A DNA stretch of 64,000 nucleotides from Nitrospirota bacterium (lineage in GTDB: Bacteria > Nitrospirota > UBA9217). The translations under genes were made by a program, and so were the position numbers. This document shows positions 30,427 through 41,039 of this stretch, in pieces. The notes below the pieces were generated by a model. That model saw only the letters and a program-made list of their open reading frames with translations. It made no database searches and was not told the origin of the DNA. The DNA is taken from NCBI GenBank assembly GCA_963737155.1, contig CAVTRN010000002.1, positions 2,400,001 to 2,464,000 on the forward strand. The letters are read 5' to 3'. The stretch's first letter is position 1. The number at the start of each line of letters is the position of its first letter.

Positions 30427-31278
30427 TCAATTACCCCACTTGAGCTTCGTCCGTAGAATTTCGTAATAGCTTTTCGAAGGATGCTTGATCAGCTTCATTT
30501 TAGATCGCGATTTTCTGATCTCCACGATATCGTTCGGAATGAGAGGAAACCCTATCTGACCATCAAGCGTCAACGATACGTCTTCGCTTAGTGAAGTAAG
30601 ACATACCGTTACGACAACGGTATCGGGCAGTGCAATCGGCCTATTCGAGAGCGTGTGAGGACAAATCGGCGTTACCACGAAGCAATGAAGCGTAGGATGA
30701 ATGATAGGGCCTCCCGCAGAAAGCGAATATGCCGTCGATCCAGTCGGTGTCGCGACGATCAGTCCGTCCGCTCTGAGCGTTGTCAAGTGTCCGGTACCTA
30801 CTGATATTTTGAGCTCCATCATGCGTGCGAGCGCGCCTTTGTTGATCACTGCGTCGTTTAGCACTCGATACTGCGCCAACCGCTTTTCATCACGGATAAC
30901 CGCTGCGGAAAGCATCATCCGGTCCTCGGTCTCCAGTTTGCCCACAATGGCTTTTTCAAGATTGTCATAGAGTTCGTCGAGTGATACCTCAGCCATAAAG
31001 CCCAGGCTGCCGAGGTTAACTCCGAAAATCGGTACGTCCGTATGGGCATCTGCCACGTGTCTTGCAGCTGACAGGAGCGTGCCGTCCCCTCCGAGAATGA
31101 TCAGCATTTCAACGAGCTTGGGAATCTCTTCTTCTCCATATCCCTGAGCTTTGATGGCCGCGGCGGTTCCGTTATCAACATACACCTTCTTGCCGCGCGA
31201 CTCGAGCCATAAGGTCAGCTTTTTTGCCGCTTTCTGCGCTGCAGGAATATCTTTTGCAATGATACCGATCTTCTTCAT
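30427..31278 (-). CDS. nadK: NAD kinase
   Basis: GGDGT, NLGSLGF, LND, DGLIVATPTGSTAYSLSAGG. Confidence 0.96.
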   Translation of the reverse strand: MKKIGIIAKDIPAAQKAAKKLTLWLESRGKKVYVDNGTAAAIKAQGYGEEEIPKLVEMLIILGGDGTLLSAARHVADAHTDVPIFGVNLGSLGFMAEVSLDELYDNLEKAIVGKLETEDRMMLSAAVIRDEKRLAQYRVLNDAVINKGALARMMELKISVGTGHLTTLRADGLIVATPTGSTAYSLSAGGPIIHPTLHCFVVTPICPHTLSNRPIALPDTVVVTVCLTSLSEDVSLTLDGQIGFPLIPNDIVEIRKSRSKMKLIKHPSKSYYEILRTKLKWGN

Positions 31279-31315
31279 ACCGTTCCACCGATCACAATTT
31301 ACCGCTCTTGGTTCA

Positions 31316-31828
31316 TTAAAACGAACTGATCATGGGACCAGGAGCCCCTTTTTCCTTTTGTGTTTCCAGAGTTCGTTTAAGATCATCCAGAACCTTTTTA
31401 TATCGTTTTCCCTCCGAAAGAAATCCTATTTCCCGACTATGTTCATCAACATAAGACAGATAGACGCTCAGGCACTCTTGCGGAAGCTCATCGTCGGCAC
31501 GTTCAGCCCATTCTATCACGGTAACACCATCAGTATCGAGATATTGTGCAAAACCGATATTTTCCAGCTCTTCGGCACCCTTAAGACGGTAGAGATCGAT
31601 GTGATAAAAAGGCACCCTTCCTTTGTACTCGTTCACAAAGGTAAATGTAGGGCTTGTAATGTACTTCGTCTCCACGTCAAGGCCTTGGGCGATCCCATAA
31701 GAAAAACTTGTTTTACCGGCTCCAAGATCTCCATAGAGGCAAACGGTATCCCCGGCATCGAGCAGTTCCCCGAGCATCTCGCCGATCCGCCAGGTCTGTT
31801 CCTGGTCCGAAGTGATCACGCTAAACAT
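31316..31828 (-). CDS. tsaE: tRNA t6A biosynthesis ATPase TsaE
   Basis: GDLGAGKT, SPTF, HIDLYRL, IEWAE; start ATG 31828 after SD GAGGT. Confidence 0.93.
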   Translation of the reverse strand: MFSVITSDQEQTWRIGEMLGELLDAGDTVCLYGDLGAGKTSFSYGIAQGLDVETKYITSPTFTFVNEYKGRVPFYHIDLYRLKGAEELENIGFAQYLDTDGVTVIEWAERADDELPQECLSVYLSYVDEHSREIGFLSEGKRYKKVLDDLKRTLETQKEKGAPGPMISSF

Positions 31829-32129
31829 TACCAAATACCTCAGCTGAACCCCCCTGGTTTCGACTAGTGGGGGTGAATGCGGGATCTTTAATGTTACTAA
31901 ACATTTATTCACTTCCATGATATACTTAAGGTAACAATGTAGCAAATCTTCAATTGTATCTTTCATCCACGGTTTCAATTCATAACGACTCCTAAAGACA
32001 ATCGAGTGCTCGAGATCCGCTCAGATGCCGGCCGCAATCTTTATCACGCCTGCACAGAGAAGCATAAAACCGTTTGAGTCCGTTGCGCAGTTGCAGGAAA
32101 TGAACACACTGTCCGGAATCTACCTAGAA

Positions 32130-32145
32130 TGCAAGCAGCGTACCG
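32130..32145 (-). promoter_or_regulatory. Possible sigma54 promoter
   Basis: CGGTACGCTGCTTGCA with GG-N10-GC spacing, in an ORF-free gap. Confidence 0.4.
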
Positions 32146-32611
32146 AATAATTTAACTTCTTTGTATACTCACTCTATGCCTATCAAGGCAAGACCAGAAA
32201 TTCCTGCTGGATCAAAGACTACATTGACAGCTCGCAGCCTAGAAGACAGCAACTCGGGTATTTAAATCGGTTGAGAACTATGGATTCGACAACCACGGTA
32301 AACTTTGGTCCAAAAAAAGGGCTGGTTGTCCTCACTTAAGAGCAAAAACAACAAGTCAGGGATACAATGGTGTGATGAACACATCGCGTGGTCCGGACTC
32401 AGCCTGAAAATGGCGTCGCAGTCGCATCATGAAGCAGCACGTGGCCGATTTTTTAGCCAGCTTGGACTTGCACTAACGGGGTGAGCCAGAGACAGGGCTG
32501 TTTGCTCGTTAAATACGGATCAACAACAACCAAGATTGGCAACCACGCTTCCATCGTCAAAAAGGGTATTGGCGCTGCCGTTAGAATCCTTTGCTTTAGC
32601 CATGGGAGTGG

Positions 32612-33070
32612 TTAGCCTGCCTGCATCGCAACGGCCTTTACCATGTCTCGCTTACCGACAATTCCTACGACTTTGTTGTTTCTGAGGACCGGCAGAAGGT
32701 GCACTTTCTTCTCAGACATGATCGTGGCGATGTCGACGAGCGATGTATCTTCCGCAATGGTGATGGCCTTGCGTGTGCAGATATCCTCCACTTTCGTTGC
32801 GGTCAGCCGTCTTACCGCCTGTTCAAACTTCTTCGAGCTTTCGAGGTAGATAGCGGCATCGAGGAAACTGACAACCGTGGGAATGTGGAGGCGTTTGTTC
32901 TGGCTGATGAGATCATTTTCCGTCACCATGCCATAGAGGTTGCCGGCTTCATCCAGAACGGGAACGCCGCTAATCTGGTTCTTCACCAACAGGGATGCGA
33001 GCTCTTCAACGGATGTAGCGGGTGCTACGGAGATCACATCTTTTGTCATGATGTCTTTTGCAGTAAGCAT
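32612..33070 (-). CDS. CBS-domain protein
   Basis: AKDIMTKDV..ISGVPV..GMVTENDL and a second CBS repeat. Confidence 0.92.
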   Translation of the reverse strand: MLTAKDIMTKDVISVAPATSVEELASLLVKNQISGVPVLDEAGNLYGMVTENDLISQNKRLHIPTVVSFLDAAIYLESSKKFEQAVRRLTATKVEDICTRKAITIAEDTSLVDIATIMSEKKVHLLPVLRNNKVVGIVGKRDMVKAVAMQAG

Positions 33071-33132
33071 TGAATCACCTCAAAAATTCGGCGTAACTGC
33101 CTATGAACAGAGCGGCTTCCGCCCTGTATTTT

Positions 33133-34704
33133 TCAAACATCTGCTGGAGCGGCATTTTCGCCGTTCCTCTGCATTTCTTGCATGGCTTGGGGAATTTTTT
33201 CTATAACGTCGCCTGCAATGAGCGATGCCTCACCCAATTCCCGAGCCGCGATATCGCCGGCCAAGCCGTGAAGATACACGCCGAGACAGGCTGCCTGCAC
33301 GGCTGACCGTCCCTGGGCGAGAAAACCGCCGATCATACCCGTGAGCACATCGCCAGTGCCTCCTGTGGCCATGCCCGGGTTTCCAGACGAGTTGATGAAA
33401 ATCTCGCCTTGGGGAGTTGCGATCACCGTCGCGGCACCTTTCAGAACAAGAACAACATTATAATCCTTTGCAAACCGGGCGGCAATGTTGATCCTGTCCT
33501 TTTGCACATCCGCTGCGGACAAGCTGAGCAACCGTCCCATTTCGCCGGGGTGGGGTGTGAGAATAACGGCAGCTTTCGCTTCCTTTAAAAGAGCCCTGTG
33601 CCCGACAAAGGCGTTCAGGCCATCCGCATCAATGACAAAAGGTATCCTCATGCGGGGAACAAGATTTCGTACGACTTGGGCTGACTCAAAATGAGTCGAA
33701 AGCCCGGGACCGATGGCGACAGCGCTCATTTTTTCCGCAGACCTGAGCAGTTCTTCCTCAGACGCGATGCCCAAGGTACCTTCCATACTTTCAGCAGCGG
33801 GAATGCACATGGCTTCAAAAATTTGGGACTGGATGATCGGGACAAGGCTGTTCGGCGTTGCAACGCTTACGAGTCCCGGACCTGTTCTGAGCGAACTCTT
33901 CGCCGCCATGACCGCGGCGCCGGCTTTGCCCGGGGAACCGGCGATGATCATGAGATGCCCGAAATCCCCTTTATGTGCGTCTGGTTTTCGCCGCGTGCTC
34001 GCCACCCTCGCGGTGGACCGATCCAGAATGCTTACCGACAGATTTTCTCTCTCCACAATCTCCAGGGGAATACCGATGTCTGCGACGCGAACCGTGCCGG
34101 CATGGTCTGCACCTGGATAGAGAACCAGACCTCGTTTGAGCAACGCCATGGTAACCGTGAGATCCGCCTTGATTGCCGTACCGAGTACAGCGCCTGTATC
34201 GGAATCAATGCCCGTGGGTATATCGACGGAGACCACCGGCTTGCCCGATGCATTTACCATGTTCACAGCCTGGGCATAGACGCCTTTCAAGGAAGAGGCA
34301 AGCCCTACGCCAAGCATGGCATCGACCAGGACATCGGACCACGAGATGAGCTGAGCAATGGATCGTGATGAAGCAGCTTGTTGAATCTCCACATCCATCT
34401 TGCGAAGAATGGAGAGGTTTATTTTCGCCTCACCGGTCACGGCGCTGAAGGGAGAAAGCAGGGCCACGCGCACCGGGACACCCCGAATGCGCATTCGACG
34501 GGCAAGTGCCAATCCGTCACCGCCGTTATTACCTTTGCCGCAGATGATTCCCGTCCGGACACCGGTGAGTCCATGAAAATATTTTTCCATCTCAGCCAGA
34601 ATGGCCGAGGCAGCGTTTTCCATCAGCACCGGCCCGGGAATCCCGAAGTCCTTAATTGCCCTGCGGTCGATATTTTTCATCTGTTGAGTGGTGACGATTT
34701 TCAT
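33133..34704 (-). CDS. nnr: Bifunctional NAD(P)H-hydrate epimerase/dehydratase
   Basis: GKGNNGGDG, VDIPTG, HKGDFG, IGPGL, DADGLN, TPHPGE, GGTGDVL. Confidence 0.96.
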   Translation of the reverse strand: MKIVTTQQMKNIDRRAIKDFGIPGPVLMENAASAILAEMEKYFHGLTGVRTGIICGKGNNGGDGLALARRMRIRGVPVRVALLSPFSAVTGEAKINLSILRKMDVEIQQAASSRSIAQLISWSDVLVDAMLGVGLASSLKGVYAQAVNMVNASGKPVVSVDIPTGIDSDTGAVLGTAIKADLTVTMALLKRGLVLYPGADHAGTVRVADIGIPLEIVERENLSVSILDRSTARVASTRRKPDAHKGDFGHLMIIAGSPGKAGAAVMAAKSSLRTGPGLVSVATPNSLVPIIQSQIFEAMCIPAAESMEGTLGIASEEELLRSAEKMSAVAIGPGLSTHFESAQVVRNLVPRMRIPFVIDADGLNAFVGHRALLKEAKAAVILTPHPGEMGRLLSLSAADVQKDRINIAARFAKDYNVVLVLKGAATVIATPQGEIFINSSGNPGMATGGTGDVLTGMIGGFLAQGRSAVQAACLGVYLHGLAGDIAARELGEASLIAGDVIEKIPQAMQEMQRNGENAAPADV

Positions 34705-34751
34705 GGGTTTACCTGTACTGGGTTCTGATTAAACGCCCCTTCCGCCCCTAA

Positions 34752-35156
34752 TCAGTGGTTTTCGCGGTTTGAATTCTGAGAACTACCAACGAGTACCACC
34801 TGTGCCACTGCATACCCCTCGTCATGAGAATAACTCAGGAGAACCTGTTTCACTCCTTTAAGATCCATAAGGTCTTTTACCCTGCCCGAGACGTTCACGA
34901 TCGGTCCGCCGCCCTCACCGTGCAGAATTTCCATATCCGTCCATTTTACACCGGCGCTCCACCCCGTGCCGATGGCTTTCAGGACCGCTTCTTTTGCTGC
35001 AAATCTGCCGGCATAGTGCTGGGCCGGGAATTTCTGCCGGGAGCAGTATTCTCGCTCGTTCTCCGTGAATACGCGCTCAAGAAAGCCGACACGTCCTTTC
35101 CCCGCCCGGTCGATACGGTCGATCTTTACCAGGTCAACTCCGATACCGATTATCAT
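34752..35156 (-). CDS. acpS: Holo-ACP synthase
   Basis: IGIGVDLV, AGRFAAKEA, SYSH. Confidence 0.95.
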   Translation of the reverse strand: MIIGIGVDLVKIDRIDRAGKGRVGFLERVFTENEREYCSRQKFPAQHYAGRFAAKEAVLKAIGTGWSAGVKWTDMEILHGEGGGPIVNVSGRVKDLMDLKGVKQVLLSYSHDEGYAVAQVVLVGSSQNSNRENH

Positions 35157-35192
35157 GCTCCCCCCGTAATCAGCAATGCCAGGATTCGATAT

Positions 35193-35906
35193 TCAGACTA
35201 GCAGTTGTTTCATTTCACGCACTGCCCGGTCGATTCCCACAAGCGCAGCACGCGAGATAATGCTATGGCCAATATTCAACTCTTCCACTTCCGGGATGGC
35301 CATAATCCGCGCAACGTTGCTATAATTCAACCCATGCCCTGCGCCGACATGGAGCCCCAGGCTAGATGCAAGTTGTGCCGCTTCGGTAATCTTCGAGAAC
35401 TCCCGATTTTGCCCTTCTTTACCCCGCGCGTTTGCATAGGTTCCCGTATGGATTTCCACCCAATCGGCGCCGGCCTTCTTTGCTGCTGCAATCTGCTTCT
35501 CATCGGGGTCGACAAAAAGGCTGACAATAATGCCTGCTTCCCTGAGACGGCTGATATAGGATTTCATGAATTCGATCCGTGATGCTACCTCCAGACCACC
35601 TTCAGTCGTCAGCTCTTCCCGTTTTTCCGGCACCAGCGTCGAAAAGTCCGGTTTGATCTGCCGGGCAATGTGCTCCATCTCATCGGTTGCAGCCATTTCC
35701 ATGTTCAACTTGGTCTGAACGACTTCCCGCAGAATGCGCAGGTCCCTATCCTGAACATGTCTGCGGTCTTCTCGGAGATGCGCAATGATGCCCGATGCTC
35801 CGGCTAATTCGGCAAGCACTGCGGCTGCAATGGGATCAGGTTCCGTACCTTTCCTCGCCTGTCGTATTGTTGCAATATGATCAATATTCACCGACAACTT
35901 TGACAC
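35193..35906 (-). CDS. pdxJ: Pyridoxine 5'-phosphate synthase
   Basis: [41 protein letters not shown]; GTG start after SD GAGGAG. Confidence 0.97.
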   Translation of the reverse strand: MSKLSVNIDHIATIRQARKGTEPDPIAAAVLAELAGASGIIAHLREDRRHVQDRDLRILREVVQTKLNMEMAATDEMEHIARQIKPDFSTLVPEKREELTTEGGLEVASRIEFMKSYISRLREAGIIVSLFVDPDEKQIAAAKKAGADWVEIHTGTYANARGKEGQNREFSKITEAAQLASSLGLHVGAGHGLNYSNVARIMAIPEVEELNIGHSIISRAALVGIDRAVREMKQLLV

Positions 35907-36193
35907 TCGATCGCTCCTCGTCATACACATATATCATACGATGTTCTTTTTGATTTTATCATCTATCCGCCAAAATATCCAGAAAATTTGCGGCCAACAG
36001 CTCCCTAGGAATGGTCACGATCGCATCGACTATGACCGCAACAATGTGACTGTTACCTCAACCGAGCCAAAGCACAATGCTTTTCCTCCAGCGGCCCCGA
36101 TGGACTGATGAAATCGAAGCTTTATTCTGAGTTCATAGCAAGTGCGACTTCCAACTATAATTTTGAACTCATTAAGTTACACTTTGGACAGGA

Positions 36194-37090
36194 TCATCCT
36201 ACCCCCACCATTCTCTTTGCGGAGATAACTGTATTTTTGAGCAGAATAGCGATTGTTACCGGTCCGACTCCGCCAGGAACCGGCGTAATCATTGATACCT
36301 TTTTAGAGACTGCCTCGAAATCCACATCGCCAACGGTCAATCCGCCGGGCAGCACATTAATTCCAATATCAACAACGATTGCGCCGTCTTTCACCATGTC
36401 GGCTTTAATCAGACCTTGCTTTCCCGTAGCGGTGCATAGAATGTCCGCCTGCCTCGTTTCCGCGCCGAGGTCCTGTGTTTCGCGATGGCAGACGGTGACC
36501 GTAGCTTCCTTGGCCAGCATCATCATTGCCAGCGGCTTCCCCACTGCCAGGCTCTTGCCCACAATAACAACTTTCCTGCCCTTCGGATCGATGCCATAGT
36601 GTTCGAGCATCCGCATCACTCCATAGGGGGTGCAGGGAAGAAATGTGGGGCGCACCGTGAGATGGAAACCAGGTTCGAAGAGCTGCGTCGTGGACTCATC
36701 AGCCGAGAGCCGGCCTACGGATATGGCACCCTGCCCGTCCACGTCCTTTTCGGGCACAATGGCGTTCACGACTTTTCTTGTATCGATAGGACGAGGTAGC
36801 GGCATGAATACAAGAATGCCATTTACACGCTCATCATGATTCAGTGTCTTGATCAAGTTCAGAATCTCATTAACTGATGAAGATGACGGCAGCGAATAAT
36901 TGAATATATCGATCCCCGCTCGCACTGCCGCGCTCTGGATCGCCTGATAATACATATACGATGACTTTTCCTCACCTACCAGGACGAGAGCAAGACCTGC
37001 ACGTATCCCGTGTCTGGCAAGTCTGTCCGTTTCTTCCCGCACTGCAGCTACAATCTTTGAGAAAAGTTCTCCCCCCTTCATCCATTTCAT
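36194..37090 (-). CDS. folD: Bifunctional methylene-THF dehydrogenase/cyclohydrolase
   Basis: KDVDG, PCTP, VGKPLA, GDVDF, PVPGGVGP. Confidence 0.92.
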   Translation of the reverse strand: MKWMKGGELFSKIVAAVREETDRLARHGIRAGLALVLVGEEKSSYMYYQAIQSAAVRAGIDIFNYSLPSSSSVNEILNLIKTLNHDERVNGILVFMPLPRPIDTRKVVNAIVPEKDVDGQGAISVGRLSADESTTQLFEPGFHLTVRPTFLPCTPYGVMRMLEHYGIDPKGRKVVIVGKSLAVGKPLAMMMLAKEATVTVCHRETQDLGAETRQADILCTATGKQGLIKADMVKDGAIVVDIGINVLPGGLTVGDVDFEAVSKKVSMITPVPGGVGPVTIAILLKNTVISAKRMVGVG

Positions 37091-37428
37091 AGATCATCCT
37101 CCGCAATTGAATAATTTTATGTGAGATGGGAATTTCCCTCTCATCCTGTGACCTTCAATAGCTCCTGCTCAATACACTTTGGTTCGGGACACAGACGGAT
37201 ATTCAAGGAAGGAAACTTTGCAACCGGTTATAATTCCGGTGCCGAGCCCGCTGCATTCCGTATTTCTGCCTGCCCCATTTGCCCCCCGAGATTCGCTGCG
37301 ATATCCACTACGGTCGCCGTAATCGACGACATCACCAGAACAGGGATGATGATAAAATGCACAAGATATGCGTGGCTCATCCCCCTTGTATTTTATAATT
37401 CACAGCAAATGTAGCCGGTTTATTTCTA

Positions 37429-39039
37429 TCATTCCCGCAGACAGGCCGTATCTTTTCCCAGTGTGCTCGAGAAGTCTGCGATATAATGCCGTCTCTCCTC
37501 GTCATTCCATGAAAGCTCCCCTGCCGCAAGCCCCGCAATCTTTTCTATTTGCTTCGAGCCCCGCGAGCCTGTCGTGCCGAGGTGCATCCTGCGCAGGATG
37601 ATGTCAGACAGCGATCTGGCACCTTCTTCACGAATACTGAATAGAACCTGGGCATAGATGTCCCGGCTTTCCGGTGAGATCGTTTCTCCGAGAGCAGGAT
37701 CGGTTTTCACAAGTTCCAATAGCGAAACGGCACGAGCGCCATAAAAACCGATGAGATGGAGAACGAGTTCCTGCGGAACGCTATAGCGCGAGGTAATATC
37801 AGGAATAGCCTCACGCAAATATGTCCCATATTCCACAGGCAAACCACCGGCCAGTGGCTTCTGAGCGGTGATGCACTTTACTCTGTTTCCAAGGATTCTG
37901 CACGCTGCATCAACGACGTCCCTGGCCATATTGCGGTAGGTGGTGAGCTTTCCGCCGGCTATCGTGATAATCCTTCCCGATATTCCCTCCCTGATCACCC
38001 GGTGCTTGCGTGAAATCCTGGACTCCCGACCGCCGGCAAAAGCAAGCGGACGGATTCCCGCATAGGTGTAGAGGATCGTTTCGCGGCTAATGTTCAATCC
38101 CGGCAGGACACGCCTGCTCTCATTCAACAGATAATCAACATCCTCCTTTTCTGCATGGACTTCATCAATGTCTCCACCGAACCTCGTGTCAGTCGTCCCG
38201 ATGAGCGAATATGCTCCAAGAGGGATAATAAAAAACATCCGGTCGTCGCGTGACGTGACGAAAAGCGCCTGATCGGAGAGTTTCGGCATGACGAGATGGA
38301 TACCTTTCGTGGGATAGATTATTTTTTTATCGTTGATGTCCGCCTTCTCCCTCACAGTGTCTATCCACGGTCCGGCCGCGTTAATCAGAACTTTGGAACG
38401 GAAGGTTCTTACTTCCCTTGACAGCACATCTCGTGTCGTGACGATTACACCATCGCCCATGTCCTCTATCTTCTCTGCCCGAACGTAGTTCAGAAGTGTT
38501 GCGCCGGTTTCCCGCGCCGATACCACGTTTTCGATCACGAGCCGCTCGGGCATCCGAATCTGATGGTCATAAAAAACCGCGCTACCCCGGAGACCTTCCC
38601 GATTCAAACGCGGTTCAAAAACAAGAGTTTTATCGCGGCCCGATGTAAAATAATGGGGGATGTCTTTTTCATGGGACAGCAGATCATATAAATGGATCCC
38701 AATCGAGATCACGGCTTTGCCGTGAGGATCGCCCTGATAGATAGGGATCAGAATCGGCATTGGGTGGATGAGGTACGGCGCCTGCTCCCGGAGTATGGCC
38801 CGTTCACGGAGTGACTCAGACACGAGATCCACCTCGAAGTTGGCTAGGTATCTGAGACCGCCGTGGATCAGCCGCGTTGATTTAGAAGTAACCCCGGAAG
38901 CAAAATCGCCTTTTTCAAGAAGCAGGCAGGACAGGCCTCGGAGCGCGGCGTCACGTGCAACTCCTGCACCGGTAATGCCGCCTCCGATGACGATAAGGTC
39001 GAACAGGAAATTACTGTCAGGGAAGCAATTCAGGTTCAT
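37429..39039 (-). CDS. glpD: FAD-dependent glycerol-3-phosphate dehydrogenase
   Basis: GGGITGAG, STRLIHGGLRYL, GTTD, GIRPL, GGKLTTYR. Confidence 0.93.
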   Translation of the reverse strand: MNLNCFPDSNFLFDLIVIGGGITGAGVARDAALRGLSCLLLEKGDFASGVTSKSTRLIHGGLRYLANFEVDLVSESLRERAILREQAPYLIHPMPILIPIYQGDPHGKAVISIGIHLYDLLSHEKDIPHYFTSGRDKTLVFEPRLNREGLRGSAVFYDHQIRMPERLVIENVVSARETGATLLNYVRAEKIEDMGDGVIVTTRDVLSREVRTFRSKVLINAAGPWIDTVREKADINDKKIIYPTKGIHLVMPKLSDQALFVTSRDDRMFFIIPLGAYSLIGTTDTRFGGDIDEVHAEKEDVDYLLNESRRVLPGLNISRETILYTYAGIRPLAFAGGRESRISRKHRVIREGISGRIITIAGGKLTTYRNMARDVVDAACRILGNRVKCITAQKPLAGGLPVEYGTYLREAIPDITSRYSVPQELVLHLIGFYGARAVSLLELVKTDPALGETISPESRDIYAQVLFSIREEGARSLSDIILRRMHLGTTGSRGSKQIEKIAGLAAGELSWNDEERRHYIADFSSTLGKDTACLRE

Positions 39040-39147
39040 GTTGTATTACACCTATGCAAGCCTGGCAGATGAAATCCGAGACGATGCAGGCCGGAAAACT
39101 GATCTTGGCGGCTTCGGATGCCTACCGTTTCCTGCATGCCAGTGCTG

Positions 39148-39858
39148 TTAGTTCCCGGAAGAATATCGTAGCTTTTCTATCAGGCTTTTCAATTTCCCGG
39201 GCTTGTTGGAATAGATTCCGTCCACTTTACAAGAAATCATTTTTTTCATATCTTCTTCGTCATCCACAGTCCAGACATACACCTGAATCCCCTGCTCGTG
39301 ACAACTTTCGACAAGTTTCTCGCTAATGGTCATTTTCCTCAGACTGATTATCTTATAACCTCTTGCGCTGTATGAAAGGACATCGTGCGAATGGAAAACG
39401 TCGAAGATCATCGATGTTGGTAGCGCGGGCAAAACGCGACGCACGGCGAGGAGTTCACTCTCTTTGAAAGACGACACGAGCACATAGCCATGGTAATCGG
39501 AAGATGCGAGATATTTTGCGATTAACAATCCCGCACCATCACTCTTGATTTCCAGATTCAATCCCGCCTTGCCTGTGATGATATTGACCACATCGGCCAG
39601 CGTTGGAACATGCTCTCCGTTTTTCAGCTTGACTCGTGCAATCGCGTCGGAGGCGGATTTCTCGATGTCAATATTTTTTCCCGCCGTTCTTAGTGTGGTT
39701 TTATCGTGCATTACATAAAGCATGTTGTCGCGGCTTTTGCGGATATCGATCTCGATCATGTCAGCTGGATAGGAAAGCGCATGATGAATTGCTTCCATGG
39801 AATTTTCAAGGGCTGTGGATGGGTCACCGCGGTGAGCGATCACAAGAGGAAAGTTCAT
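39148..39858 (-). CDS. Glycerophosphodiester phosphodiesterase
   Basis: IAHRG, ENS, EIDI, HD, LEIK, WTVD. Confidence 0.92.
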   Translation of the reverse strand: MNFPLVIAHRGDPSTALENSMEAIHHALSYPADMIEIDIRKSRDNMLYVMHDKTTLRTAGKNIDIEKSASDAIARVKLKNGEHVPTLADVVNIITGKAGLNLEIKSDGAGLLIAKYLASSDYHGYVLVSSFKESELLAVRRVLPALPTSMIFDVFHSHDVLSYSARGYKIISLRKMTISEKLVESCHEQGIQVYVWTVDDEEDMKKMISCKVDGIYSNKPGKLKSLIEKLRYSSGN

Positions 39859-39942
39859 TATTATTTATTATACCCAAAAACACGAAAACCGCAACTGGAG
39901 GAACGTGGAAGGAAGGACTGGCATGCTGTGAAACGATACGCA

Positions 39943-40893
39943 CTATCCCGAGCCCGACATCTTTTTGACTATTTTTTCTTTGATGGATCTGATCTGGTCC
40001 ACTAGCTTTCTCTGCGGAATGCGGGCCCGATGGATTAACGCCCGAATTGTAATAAGCTTCTCCAGCGTGGCTGTCTCCCCCTGTTTGAACAGGTCCCGGG
40101 GCTTGCTGAAATCAGCCCAAAGCGTTTCGCCTACGGCAGGATGAATGACTACATCCGCATCCTTAGCCATAAGCTCGTTTAAATAAATTCGCGATACCGC
40201 ATCAGCACGAAGAATAATATCCAGCCCGGACTTTTCTTCAAAAGTGGCAACATCGTTTGACACATCCACGGCAATAACGATGTCCGCGCCCATATCCCGG
40301 CCGCAGAACACGGGAATACGTTCGACCCATCCTCCGTCCACAAGCAGCATGCCATTGTCATTTACCGGCGGGAAAATACCGGGGAGGGCGCAGCTTGCGC
40401 TTACTGCGGTACGCAGTCTACCTGTCGTGTACATGACACGCTTCCCGTTCCGGATGTCTGTTGCGACACAACTGAAAGGAATTCTGGTTTGTTCTATCGC
40501 GATATCGGGAATGAGCGGGTAGATGAGATCTTCATATTCCTTTTCTCCGATAAACGCCGGCTTCGTTGCCGTTACCCCCCAGAAATATCCCTTGCGGACC
40601 AGGGTCGACATGTCGCTGAAAAAGCCACGGTTGTTGTCAGGCTGTTCAAGTTTCCGGAGAAATTCAAGCCGAGTTTTTCGTGATCGGTAGCTGCGCAGAT
40701 ACTGTTCCACCCACTCCATCCAGTGGGAAGCATCGGGCTGCGATGCATACTGTGCACCGATTAGCGCGCCGAGGCTCGTGCCGGCGATCATGTGGACGGG
40801 GATTTTGGCGTCCTCCAGAACCTTGAGCACGCCCAGATGAGCAAGCCCCCTGGCCGCCCCTCCACCCAGTGCAAGACAAATCTTAGGTTCCAT
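39943..40893 (-). CDS. Patatin-like phospholipase (RssA/NTE type)
   Basis: GGGAARG, GTSLG, DGG. Confidence 0.92.
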   Translation of the reverse strand: MEPKICLALGGGAARGLAHLGVLKVLEDAKIPVHMIAGTSLGALIGAQYASQPDASHWMEWVEQYLRSYRSRKTRLEFLRKLEQPDNNRGFFSDMSTLVRKGYFWGVTATKPAFIGEKEYEDLIYPLIPDIAIEQTRIPFSCVATDIRNGKRVMYTTGRLRTAVSASCALPGIFPPVNDNGMLLVDGGWVERIPVFCGRDMGADIVIAVDVSNDVATFEEKSGLDIILRADAVSRIYLNELMAKDADVVIHPAVGETLWADFSKPRDLFKQGETATLEKLITIRALIHRARIPQRKLVDQIRSIKEKIVKKMSGSG

Positions 40894-40995
40894 CAGATGT
40901 TCCTTATTCGGGGAAACGTGGTGTCACAATACATCATTCGGTCAAATAATAGCATCAGTCCCCATCAGTGTAAAGCGTTTTCACTGAACAAATTC

Positions 40996-41039
40996 TTGAC
41001 AAGTAGACGTCCACCATGGTATGTTCACTATATGAACAT
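40996..41039 (+). promoter_or_regulatory. Sigma70 promoter overlapped by a palindromic operator
   Basis: TTGACA(40996)-18-TATGTT with TG extension; inverted repeat ATGTTCA-ctata-TGAACAT (41021-41039) covers the -10 box and the ATG. Confidence 0.6.

Noticed and set aside
32520-32603. Short peptide MAKAKDSNGSAN... resembling an HsdM N-terminus
   Set aside because: Too short; the similarity does not continue
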